Shown: one piece after another, positions 1 to 8,700 of the stretch
Layout of the letters: every line of letters begins with the position of its first letter
Numbering within the stretch: the first letter of the stretch is position 1
NCBI GenBank assembly: GCA_025362915.1
Contig: JANYEU010000153.1
Coordinates: 1 to 40,533, forward strand
From: Chitinophagaceae bacterium
GTDB taxonomy: Bacteria > Bacteroidota > Bacteroidia > Chitinophagales > Chitinophagaceae
Length of the DNA: 40,533 nt
Direction: 5' to 3'
The notes under the pieces: model-generated
The model's database searches: none
The model's input: only the letters and a program-made list of their open reading frames with translations
What the model was told of the DNA's origin: nothing
Program-made: the position numbers and the translations under genes

Positions 1-697
1 GTACGAAAGCTTACAAGAAATATATGCTGCATTACCAGATGATTGGAAGGTATTTGTAGAATACAAGGCATTCGAACCTAACTTCTATTCAATGAGTGTG
101 GGAGATTGGGGACAATCATATTTATTCGCTTCCAAACTAGGACCAAAGGCTTATACTTTGGTAGATTTAGGTCACCATTTACCTAATGCTAACATCGAAC
201 AGATTGTTAGTTTGCTGATGATGGAAAACAAGTTGGCAGGCTTTCATTTTAATGATAGTAAATATGGTGATGATGACCTTACCGTTGGTTCTATCAATCC
301 ATATCAATTATTCCTAATCTTCAACGAATTGGTAGAAGGGATGGATGCTAAAGACATGAACCACGCTACAGATTTAGGCTGGATGATTGACGCTAGCCAC
401 AATGTAAAAGACCCATTGGAAGATTTATTACAATCTATCGAAGCCATCATGATTGCTTATGCACAAGCTTTATTGGTTGATACAAAAGCATTAAAAGCTG
501 CACAAGAAATTAATGATGTAGTTGCTGCGCAGGAGATATTACAAACCGCTTACCGTACAGATGTTCGCCCATTGGTTGCCCAAGCAAGATTATTATCTGG
601 TGGAGCAATTCAACCAATTAAGTTGTTCCGTGAGCAACAAGTAAGAAAGCAATTGGTAAAAGCAAGAGGAGAAAAAACTGCCGCAACCGGACTTTAA
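1..697 (+). CDS. TIM-barrel sugar isomerase, L-rhamnose isomerase-like (5' truncated by window)
   Basis: Frame open from base 2 (YESLQEIY...EYKAFEPNFY); metal-binding motifs VDLGHH, GFHFNDSKYGDDDL, WMIDASHN; next to a sugar kinase. Confidence 0.85.
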   Translation, partial: YESLQEIYAALPDDWKVFVEYKAFEPNFYSMSVGDWGQSYLFASKLGPKAYTLVDLGHHLPNANIEQIVSLLMMENKLAGFHFNDSKYGDDDLTVGSINPYQLFLIFNELVEGMDAKDMNHATDLGWMIDASHNVKDPLEDLLQSIEAIMIAYAQALLVDTKALKAAQEINDVVAAQEILQTAYRTDVRPLVAQARLLSGGAIQPIKLFREQQVRKQLVKARGEKTAATGL

Positions 698-699
698 GC

Positions 700-781
700 A
701 ATTATGAGTTATGAGATATGAATTATGAGTTAAATACTCGTGGTTTCTTTACTCATAACTCATAATTCATAACTTATAACT
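700..781. repeat. Inverted heptamer tandem arrays (TTATGAG)n / (CTCATAA)n
   Basis: About 4 TTATGAG-like units at 700-732 facing about 4 CTCATAA-like units at 751-781. Confidence 0.9.
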
Positions 782-2137
782 ATGCTTTCTGTTATCGCCA
801 TATTTGATATTGGTAAAACCAATAAAAAGTTCTTTCTGTTTGATGAAGAATATCAAATAGTGTTTGAGCAACTTCAACAGTTTCCAGAAACAGTTGATGA
901 AGATGGTTTTCCTTGCGATGATATTCATGCACTTACTGCTTGGATACGTCAGTCTATTCAGGAAATACTTTCCATGAAGGCTTACGCTTTGCAAGCCATC
1001 AATTTCTCGGCTTATGGTGCAAGTTTTGTTCATTTGGATGCTATTGGAAATGTTGTTGCGCCATTGTACAATTACCTGAAACCTTTCGCCGATTCCTTAA
1101 AGGAAGACTTCTATAATAAATATGGCGGAGAAGAACTATTTTCTGTAAAGACTGCTTCTCCTGTTTTGGGTAACCTTAATTCTAGTCTTCAGATTTATCG
1201 GTTAAAACATGAAAATCCCGAGTTATTCACTCAGATAAAACACTCTTTACACCTTCCACAATACCTTAGTTTCCTTGTTTCTGGTCGGTTCTTTTCGGAT
1301 ATTACCAGCATTGGCTGTCATACAGCCTTATGGAACTTTACAGAATATCGCTACCACGATTGGGTTCATCAGGAGGGCATTGGCGAAAAGCTAGCCCCTA
1401 TCCATCCATCCAATCAGATGATGCACATAAATATCAACGATAAACCGCTACTTTGTGGTACTGGTTTGCATGATAGTTCTGCTGCACTCATCCCCTATTT
1501 GGCTAGTTTCACTGAACCTTTTGTGCTTATTTCTACAGGCACTTGGTGCATTACCCTCAATCCTTTCAACAAAAACAACCTTACTCCACACGAGCTAAAG
1601 GAAGATTGTTTGTGCTATATAGATTTTCATGGTAACCCAGTGAAGGCTGCACGTTTATTTGCGGGGAATGAACACGAAATACAAACAAAAAAACTTGCAG
1701 AACAGTACAATGTTGCAAATGACTATTATAAGACTGTTGCTTATCAACCGGAAATCATTGCCCAATACCAAACTGACAACGCCAAGACCATTCAACAATC
1801 GGGATTAAAAGTCTCCTCTTTTGGAGAAAGGGATTTGCAAGCATATCCCACTTACGAAGAAGCATACCATCAATTGATAATTGATATTATGCAAATGCAA
1901 GTGGCTAGTACCAACCTTGTATTGCAAGGCAGCACCAAGAAATTGTTTGTGGATGGTGGTTTTAGCAAGAATCCTATTTACATGAATTTATTGGCCGCAG
2001 CTTTTCCTGCCACCGAGGTTTATAGTACTTATGTTGCACAGGCTACAGCCATTGGTGCTGCCATTGCTGTTCATAAACAATGGAACAGTCAGCCTCTTCC
2101 CATAGAAAAAATCATTCAGTTAAAGCGTTTTAAATAA
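782..2137 (+). CDS. FGGY-family carbohydrate kinase (rhamnulokinase-like)
   Basis: FDIGKTNKK, GLHDSSAA, ISTGTW, VDGGFSKN, ATAIGAA motifs. Confidence 0.88.
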   Translation: MLSVIAIFDIGKTNKKFFLFDEEYQIVFEQLQQFPETVDEDGFPCDDIHALTAWIRQSIQEILSMKAYALQAINFSAYGASFVHLDAIGNVVAPLYNYLKPFADSLKEDFYNKYGGEELFSVKTASPVLGNLNSSLQIYRLKHENPELFTQIKHSLHLPQYLSFLVSGRFFSDITSIGCHTALWNFTEYRYHDWVHQEGIGEKLAPIHPSNQMMHININDKPLLCGTGLHDSSAALIPYLASFTEPFVLISTGTWCITLNPFNKNNLTPHELKEDCLCYIDFHGNPVKAARLFAGNEHEIQTKKLAEQYNVANDYYKTVAYQPEIIAQYQTDNAKTIQQSGLKVSSFGERDLQAYPTYEEAYHQLIIDIMQMQVASTNLVLQGSTKKLFVDGGFSKNPIYMNLLAAAFPATEVYSTYVAQATAIGAAIAVHKQWNSQPLPIEKIIQLKRFK

Positions 2138-2265
2138 GAATTAAGTATTTTGATAGTTATTGATTATAGCATCCTGAGTGTATCTAAATGTTAAACTAGA
2201 AGTTTATGTAGCTATTAATTAAAATATCTTAGTTTCAGAGGCTGTTGCAAACAACATTCCCCATT

Positions 2266-3297
2266 ATGAAAAGAAAAGATTTATATAGTTACATAGACAT
2301 AAATTACTATTCGGCAACGCCCAAATACCTTCAGCTTGCCAATGCAATCATTAAAGCCATCAACGAAGGGAAGCTAAAAAAGGATGAGTCGCTGCCGTCT
2401 TTGAATGAATTGGGAGATGAATTTGAGATAGCACGTGCCACGGTGGAAAAGAGTTATAAGCACCTGAAAGAGATTGGCATAATTGCTTCTGTGCCTGGCA
2501 AAGGATACTTCATTAAAAATACTCAGCTAAACAATCCATTAAAAATATTATTGCTGTTCAATAAATTAAGCCCACATAAAAAGGTTGTGTACGATTCGTT
2601 TGTGGCACATATTGGCGAAACCGCTTCGATAGATCTGTTTATCTATAATAATGACTTTTCTTTTTTCAAGAAACTTTTATCCCCCCGTATCAACGATTAT
2701 ACGCACTATGTCATCCTGCCCCATTTCATGGAGGGTGGCAGTAGTGTGCACGAAATAATCAATACCATTCCCAAGCATAAATTGGTGCTTCTGGATAAGT
2801 TAATCCCTGGTGTGACAGGCGATTTTGCTGCAATATATGAGAACTTTGAGAAAGATATCTACTACGCCTTGGAAGAGGCAAAGGAGCATTTGAGTAAATA
2901 TCACACCATTAAGATAATCTTTCCAGAATACACACATTTTCCTGTAGAAATAGTAACAGGCTTTGAACGTTTTTGTGATGAATATGCTTTCAAACATTTT
3001 GTTGTGAGGAATTTGAAGAAAGAGCCCATCAATAAAGGGGAAGTTTTTATTACATTGATGGAAGACGATTTGGTTGTTTTGATAGAAAGGATTGTATCCA
3101 TGCCATTAATAGTGGGTAAAGATGTAGGCGTTATCTCTTATAATGAATCCTCTGTAAAAAAGATTATCCTTAATGGCATTACCACTGTTTCCACCGACTT
3201 TCAATTGATGGGCGAACGTGCTGCACAGGCAATATTAGACCAATCGGTTGCCCATGAGGAAATCCCCTTTCATTTAACGCTGAGGGCTTCGTTGTAA
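2266..3297 (+). CDS. GntR-family regulator with periplasmic-binding-protein-like sugar-sensing domain
   Basis: PKYLQLA...LPSLNEL...IARATVEKSY...VPGKGYF wHTH; C-terminal GITTVSTDF; ATG 2266 preferred over TTG 2245. Confidence 0.9.
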   Translation: MKRKDLYSYIDINYYSATPKYLQLANAIIKAINEGKLKKDESLPSLNELGDEFEIARATVEKSYKHLKEIGIIASVPGKGYFIKNTQLNNPLKILLLFNKLSPHKKVVYDSFVAHIGETASIDLFIYNNDFSFFKKLLSPRINDYTHYVILPHFMEGGSSVHEIINTIPKHKLVLLDKLIPGVTGDFAAIYENFEKDIYYALEEAKEHLSKYHTIKIIFPEYTHFPVEIVTGFERFCDEYAFKHFVVRNLKKEPINKGEVFITLMEDDLVVLIERIVSMPLIVGKDVGVISYNESSVKKIILNGITTVSTDFQLMGERAAQAILDQSVAHEEIPFHLTLRASL

Positions 3298-3575
3298 TCA
3301 GTTAGTAATTATAAATATTAGTTATCAGTTAAACAAGTTATTGATAAGCCTTATGCAGAAGATTATCCTAAAAATATCGCCGTATTTGCCAAAAAGAACA
3401 GCATTACCTCACAGATAGTGTGGCTTTGTCTTCTTCGCATAACAATCATTTTTATTAAATGACGAAACTAGCCAAATAAACATAATTCCCTCCAATTATA
3501 TCTTTATTTGAAAAAGTTGTTTATCCTAATTTGAAGGCTTTTTGTTTTTGGTTCATTTTTAGTCTGAAAAGAGGC

Positions 3576-3759
3576 AAAGTCAGCACTCTTTTACATAAAG
3601 TCAGCACTCTTTTACTAAAACCTGACAAGCGGAGTACCATTCTTGTCAGGTTTACTACAAATCTTGTCAAGTTTTATCAAAACTTGACAAGCGAAGCACC
3701 TTTCTTGTCAAGTTTATCCCTAATCTTGTCAAGTTTTATCAAAACCTGACAAGCGGAGT
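3576..3759. repeat. Palindromic tandem array with 20-21 bp subunits and a 62-bp higher-order unit
   Basis: AAAGTCAGCACTCTTTTAC at 3576 and 3597; 62-bp units at 3618-3679 and 3680-3741, partial at 3742; built from AAACYTGACAAG / CTTGTCARGTTT. Confidence 0.92.
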
Positions 3760-3879
3760 GAATATCTGGTTAGAATTCATGAAAAGAGAGCTGACTTTGA
3801 TAATAAATAGGGTGTTAGTATATATTTGTAGAGAGATAAAATTAAATAACCGTTCTATTGAATATTCTAAATAAAATAT

Positions 3880-4587
3880 TGGGAGGAAGGAAATCAGAAA
3901 AGCCATGCCACGCTATTACTTACGAAAAATTAGAGTTAGCTCAAGAGTTATAAAATATGGTTACGACCCAAATACACTCGACGATTTTGGACAAAATCCT
4001 TTTTTTAAAATTGTCTATAACAGTAGAGGAACGCAAATTGACTTTTTGAGATTATTTATATCTTATGGAGCAAATATAAATTTTCAAAACTCAGGTGATT
4101 TGTCTAGTCCTGTTTTTCATGCAACAGGAAATGCCTTAAAGGTTTTGATAGAAAATGGAGCCAAATTAAAAATCAAAAATAAGCATGGATCAACTCCATT
4201 GCATAGCGTAACCAATGTTGAGAATGCGGAGTTACTCATTAAATTGGGTCTTAACATCAATGAGAAAGACAACCTCTTTTCTACTTTACTACACGAAAGT
4301 GTTTTTGAAACGAATGAATTAGTAAAATTTTTATTGACAATGGTTCAGAGATTGATGCGCAAGACGTAAATGGCTGTACTCCATTGATGTATTTGGCACG
4401 AACAGAATATGTAACAGAAGAAGATGAACAGAAAGACATTCTTTTCAAAGCAAAGTATCTTATTGAGGCTGGGGCAGATGCAAGTTTGAAAGATAATTTT
4501 GAAAAGTCAGCAGTTGATAATGCCAACTCTGTAAATAATAATGTGTTTGCTGAATGGCTGAGAAATCAAGAAGTAAAGTCATTATAA
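3880..4587 (+). pseudogene. Ankyrin-repeat protein with two frameshifts
   Basis: Ankyrin text changes frame near 3950 (LELAQEL / IKYGYDPN) and near 4330 (LVKF / IDNGSEIDAQDVNGCTPLMY); GSTPLH and LIEAGAD motifs; start approximate. Confidence 0.8.
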
Positions 4588-4690
4588 TTAATACCGTATC
4601 AGCCAATTAGGTCTTACTGTTAAATTATGTTAGCGAAGCATATCCGAATGAAAAGGCAGATATTATAGATTTAAAACGAGAGTGTTCCAT

Positions 4691-4763
4691 CTAGCTCAAG
4701 TATTCAGCGAAGCTTGTCACTTGGGCTTATTAGTCAAACCAGTTTCTAACTGGAAAATGCTTA
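4691..4763 (+). repeat. Dispersed ~70-bp structured element, copy A
   Basis: 4719-4763 matches the reverse complement of 40307-40351 at 36/45 ungapped. Confidence 0.75.
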
Positions 4764-4779
4764 TATAAAGCTCAATATT

Positions 4780-5238
4780 TTACATCGAAGCAATCCTTGC
4801 CAATGCTGCCATAAAGGTTTTATGGTTTTTAAAGTCGGCTCTGAACTTTTTGCCTACCACCGTGCCAAAACTTAGCACTTTTCCCCTTATCTCTTCTATG
4901 TTTGCCGTAGAATCGTCCGTTCCATTGCTATTAAGAATCCTCATCTCCTCATCTAGCAGCATGGCAACGCAGGCAAAATGTACAACCGAAAAGTAAATAA
5001 TGATATGCTTTTCATTCATCGGCACTTGTTTGTTTCGCACATTTATTATCCTATTGTTCAATACATGAAAATCAGCAGCCGTAAAATAGCCTAAGTCTGT
5101 AATAAAGCTATGGATGGCATAGTTTTCATCGCCAAGCAGACGCTCGAATAGCACAAACGCCGTTGCCGAGTAAGTGTGGTGAATATCCGTATTGTTGAAG
5201 GTAAAAAGTATTGGGGCTTGATGAGTGTTTGTGGGCAT
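4780..5238 (-). CDS. Hypothetical protein (152 aa)
   Basis: ATG-started ORF with protein-like composition; no recognised motif. Confidence 0.65.
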   Translation of the reverse strand: MPTNTHQAPILFTFNNTDIHHTYSATAFVLFERLLGDENYAIHSFITDLGYFTAADFHVLNNRIINVRNKQVPMNEKHIIIYFSVVHFACVAMLLDEEMRILNSNGTDDSTANIEEIRGKVLSFGTVVGKKFRADFKNHKTFMAALARIASM

Positions 5239-5437
5239 AGAGATGTTATTTAATGAATGATGATACGAAAATCATTTCCATTCAAAAGGAAGCTTGTAAA
5301 ACTTTACTGCCAAAGGTTTTATTTGTTTCTAACCATTACTTGTTTTGAAGAGCAGTGTACCCAAGAATAAATATTGATACAAGGGAGGTCGCTTAAAAAG
5401 AACGCCGATACAATAAAAATTGGAAGTTTATGGGCAT

Positions 5438-5467
5438 AAAAAAAGCCACACATCTGTGTGACTTTTT
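5438..5467 (-). terminator. Intrinsic terminator of the tRNA-Asn transcript
   Basis: Minus strand AGTCACACA-GA-TGTGTGGCT followed by a T run, just 3' of the tRNA. Confidence 0.75.
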
Positions 5468-5472
5468 ACCTG

Positions 5473-5546
5473 CTCCCGAATCTGGACTTGAACCAGAGAC
5501 CCTCTGATTAACAGTCAGATGCTCTAACCAACTGAGCTATTCGGGA
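5473..5546 (-). tRNA. tRNA-Asn(GTT)
   Basis: TCCCGAA acceptor, TAGCTCAGTTGGTTAGAGC D arm, TCTGA-CTGTTAA-TCAGA anticodon arm, GGTTCAAGTCC T loop, TTCGGGA-G end. Confidence 0.97.
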
Positions 5547-5566
5547 TTACTACCTTTATGTTTTCC

Positions 5567-5623
5567 GAGACCCTTTTGATTAATCCCGAAGTTTCGGGAC
5601 TAAACCAACTAAGCTATTCGGGA
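5567..5623 (-). pseudogene. Decayed tRNA-Asn copy interrupted by the palindrome TCCCGAA-NN-TTCGGGA
   Basis: 5603-5623 matches tRNA nt 1-21 at 20/21; 5567-5583 matches the anticodon 3' strand and variable loop; palindrome at 5584-5599 between them. Confidence 0.8.
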
Positions 5624-5646
5624 GTGTTTCTCTTTGTTTCGGGTTG

Positions 5647-5676
5647 CAAAAATAGGGGTTGAAATTTAATGGCAAA
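5647..5676 (-). promoter_or_regulatory. Bacteroidota sigma-A promoter for the tRNA locus
   Basis: TTTG-N18-TATTTTTG on the minus strand. Confidence 0.75.
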
Positions 5677-5689
5677 AATTATTTTACAA

Positions 5690-6037
5690 TTATCCAAAAA
5701 TTCCTGCCTTTTCCATGCCAATATACACGCCATCTGCACGTTCTTCTGCCAAATAAGTTTTTAAATAGTATCCTTCTCCTGTTGTATTCCTCCCATTTTG
5801 CAGATTAAAAGCGTATCTGTGCAACGGACAAACAATATTTCCAACAGCATTAATATAGCCCTCAGCCATAATGCCACTTGCATGGGGACACTTGTAAGCA
5901 CACGCAAAAAGGGATTGGTTAAATTGGGCAAGGGTTACCTTTTTACCATTGGCTTCCACGACACACATATTGTTCGATTGAAAATCCAATTCGGCAATGC
6001 TATCTGCTACCTTATACCATTTGATTTCTTTTGGCAT
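5690..6037 (-). CDS. Rieske [2Fe-2S] ferredoxin
   Basis: CPH...CPLH ligands; NirD-like N-terminus. Confidence 0.92.
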   Translation of the reverse strand: MPKEIKWYKVADSIAELDFQSNNMCVVEANGKKVTLAQFNQSLFACAYKCPHASGIMAEGYINAVGNIVCPLHRYAFNLQNGRNTTGEGYYLKTYLAEERADGVYIGMEKAGIFG

Positions 6038-6056
6038 GGCGAATGTTTTATATAAA

Positions 6057-6119
6057 AGTTACAAGTTTCAGGTTACTGGTTTCTAGTATGTAAACCCTGC
6101 AACTTGTAACCAGTAACTA
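6057..6119. repeat. Degenerate inverted heptamer arrays
   Basis: GTTACAA GTTTCAG GTTACTG GTTTCTA facing ACCCTGC AACTTGT AACCAGT AACTA. Confidence 0.7.
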
Positions 6120-7301
6120 ATAAGATACTTCCTTGTAAGGATAACGTACACCATACATCTCACGTACCTTGTTTACTATCACTTCTCTTAGCAGGTCTGT
6201 ATTGCTTTTTTCGGTGGCAGATATAAATACACAATTATAGTTTGTTTCGCGTTCCCAGCGTTCTTTCAGCTCACGCAGTATATCCTGTTTTACGCTTGAG
6301 CTAAGCCATTCATCAAAATACTTGGTCTCGTACAAATCCATCTTGTTAAAAACGGTGATGATGGGCTTGTCAAATGCCTTTAGTTCTTGCAATGTCTTGT
6401 TTACCACCCCAATCTGGTCTTCATATAGTACATGCGAAGTATCTACCACGTGTATCAATATATCTGCTTCCCTTACTTCATCCAAGGTGCTTTTAAAACT
6501 TTCCACCAAATGATGGGGCAGCTTTCTGATAAACCCAACAGTATCACTCAGCAGGAATGGGGTATTTTCAAACACTACTTTTCGGGTAGTAGTATCAAGT
6601 GTGGCAAATAATTTATTCTCGGCAAATATATCGCTTTTGCTAAGTAGGGTCATGATGGTACTCTTGCCCACGTTGGTGTACCCCACTAATGCCACTCTAA
6701 TAAATTCGCCCCGTTCCTTGCGTTGTGTAAAAGCTTGCTTATCTATCTCCTGCAACCTTTTGCGCAGCAACGAAATCTTATCTTTTACTATACGCCTATC
6801 CGTTTCTATTTCTGTTTCTCCCGGTCCGCGCGAGCCTATTCCTCCACCTTGTCTTTCCAAGTGCTTCCACATCCCTTTTAGTCTCGGAAGGATGTATTGG
6901 TATTGTGCCAATTCTACCTGCACTTTTGATTGGGCAGTACGGGCACGATTGGCAAATATGTCCAAAATTAAATCGCTTCTATCTACTGTTCTTACTTTTA
7001 GTTCGCTTTCTATATTGATAATTTGAGAACCTGTAAGCTCATCATCAAATATTACAATACCTATGTTTTTATTGAGTACGTAATTTTTAATTTCCTCCAG
7101 CTTCCCTTTCCCCACAAAGGTCTTGCTATCCGGACGCTCCAGTTTTTGTGTGAACCTTTTTACGGTAATGGCTCCGGCAGTCAATGCCAGAAATTCAAGT
7201 TCGTCCAGATATTCTTCTACTTGTTCGGGTGTTTGGTTCTTTTGTACAAGCCCAACCAACACCGCTCTTTCTTCTTCTTTAATCTTTTGTTTCTCTATCA
7301 A
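6117..7301 (-). CDS. hflX: Ribosome-splitting GTPase HflX
   Basis: [38 protein letters not shown]. Confidence 0.98.
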   Translation of the reverse strand: MIEKQKIKEEERAVLVGLVQKNQTPEQVEEYLDELEFLALTAGAITVKRFTQKLERPDSKTFVGKGKLEEIKNYVLNKNIGIVIFDDELTGSQIINIESELKVRTVDRSDLILDIFANRARTAQSKVQVELAQYQYILPRLKGMWKHLERQGGGIGSRGPGETEIETDRRIVKDKISLLRKRLQEIDKQAFTQRKERGEFIRVALVGYTNVGKSTIMTLLSKSDIFAENKLFATLDTTTRKVVFENTPFLLSDTVGFIRKLPHHLVESFKSTLDEVREADILIHVVDTSHVLYEDQIGVVNKTLQELKAFDKPIITVFNKMDLYETKYFDEWLSSSVKQDILRELKERWERETNYNCVFISATEKSNTDLLREVIVNKVREMYGVRYPYKEVSY

Positions 7302-7365
7302 AATATATTATTTGATTTATTTAATTCAACCAGTTTATAAATGTACAGGTTTATTTTCATTAACT

Positions 7366-7397
7366 AAAAAACCCTGAAAGCATCAGCAATCAGGGTT
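7366..7397 (-). terminator. Intrinsic terminator after the beta-barrel gene
   Basis: Minus strand AACCCTGA...TCAGGGTTTTTT. Confidence 0.7.
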
Positions 7398-7420
7398 CAA
7401 TAATTTATTGCTTATACTTA

Positions 7421-8197
7421 CTACAAACCACCAATAGATACACCGATGGAGTAACAATTTAAAGTAGGACCAGCACCCGATTTTGTAACACCAAGTACAT
7501 TAAAGTCGCCATGCAAAGAAACAAAACCGTAACCAACCCTTGCACTAACTGCGCCCATCATTCCGTTAAGATAGCGTTTATTGCTTACTTTTTCTATGTA
7601 AGTAGGGCCATAAATGCTAGCACCAGTAGATGTTTGTAAATCTTTACCCTTAGTGTAACCTTTTAAAAGAACACCAATTTTGACACCCAAAGAGGCTTTA
7701 AAACCCGTTGTCTTGTTTTCGGGATGCGCATAATAACGGAATTCGGCAGGCAATTCTGCATAGATGGTAGTTAATTTTAGTTTATTAAAATGTTCACCAT
7801 TAGTCCTATCCGTAAAAGGTAATGTGCTGCCTGTTCCAGCTAAATCTACTTTTACATGATCAAAATAGATGTTGCTAGAGCCTATGCCAAGGCCATAAGC
7901 CAGGCTAAAATGTGGGTTAGACATTATTGGCTTATCCATCATCACATAAAAATTAAAGTGTCGGCCAAAACCTTTTGTGCGTACACTATCCGGGGTATTA
8001 GCCCAACCATCGTAACCAAATTGAAATATAAAATGATCGGCAGGTCTTTTATTCAAATCTATCTTGCTCCAATCTTTTTTAATTTCCGGTATAGGAGCTG
8101 TCTTGATTGAATCTTTTGAGTGATGTTTAAGAAGTTGCGCTTGAACGGTTACTACTGATGCAGAGATAACGATGAGCAGAGTTAATAATTTTTTCAT
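7421..8197 (-). CDS. Outer-membrane beta-barrel protein (PorT-like / OMP_b-brl_2)
   Basis: Sec signal MKKLLTLL...VQA; YAELPAEFRY strand; amphipathic C-terminal strand YSIGVSI; TATTTTTG element at 8241-8248. Confidence 0.8.
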   Translation of the reverse strand: MKKLLTLLIVISASVVTVQAQLLKHHSKDSIKTAPIPEIKKDWSKIDLNKRPADHFIFQFGYDGWANTPDSVRTKGFGRHFNFYVMMDKPIMSNPHFSLAYGLGIGSSNIYFDHVKVDLAGTGSTLPFTDRTNGEHFNKLKLTTIYAELPAEFRYYAHPENKTTGFKASLGVKIGVLLKGYTKGKDLQTSTGASIYGPTYIEKVSNKRYLNGMMGAVSARVGYGFVSLHGDFNVLGVTKSGAGPTLNCYSIGVSIGGL

Positions 8198-8493
8198 TCG
8201 TATTCGGTTAGACCTACCACTTGCTTTTGTACAAGTGCGACAAAAATAAAAGAATTAGACCCAACAAAGGGTTAAAATTTTATCTGTAATAATTAATTTA
8301 ATTGGAGCGGAATGTAATGGAACTGATACGGATTCTAAACCACACTCTCCAAGTAGCTTGACAATTGCATTGAAAGTTAAATTAACTCCCGAAAGGAAAC
8401 ACACCTGTTATTTTCATTTAGTGAGTTTTTGAGGAAAAAATTGGTTATTTGTGTGTCTATTCTCGCTGAGATTGGTGTTCTTCACAACACCAA

Positions 8494-8527
8494 AACCCTA
8501 TAAGGGCTTTGAGCCCCTTATAGGGTT
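8494..8527. repeat. 34-bp REP doublet (REPIN), remote variant of the RAYT-flanking element
   Basis: AACCCTATAAGGG-CTTTGAGC-CCCTTATAGGGTT, perfect 13-bp stem. Confidence 0.88.
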
Positions 8528-8700
8528 TCATACCTGCGAAAATTATTAATACACCCCTTTCATTCAAATCGTTTAATGATGGGTGTAAAATGCTTTTCTT
8601 TGCAACAACAGGGGAAGAATGCTTTATTAGATTAAAAAATAACTGTTACAAGGGCGAAGACTATAATAGTTTTATGGTGAGCCGACAATACATGGCATAA

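Noticed and set aside
3531-3749. 72-aa ORF with heptad repeats; also considered as CRISPR
   Set aside because: The ORF is a by-product of the DNA array: TTG start, and a 20-bp subunit shifts the repeat frame midway. No unique spacers
3300-5623. Prophage or integrative element at tRNA-Asn
   Set aside because: No integrase or phage genes; the duplicated tRNA part is the 5' portion upstream of the gene, and I found no 3'-end att duplication
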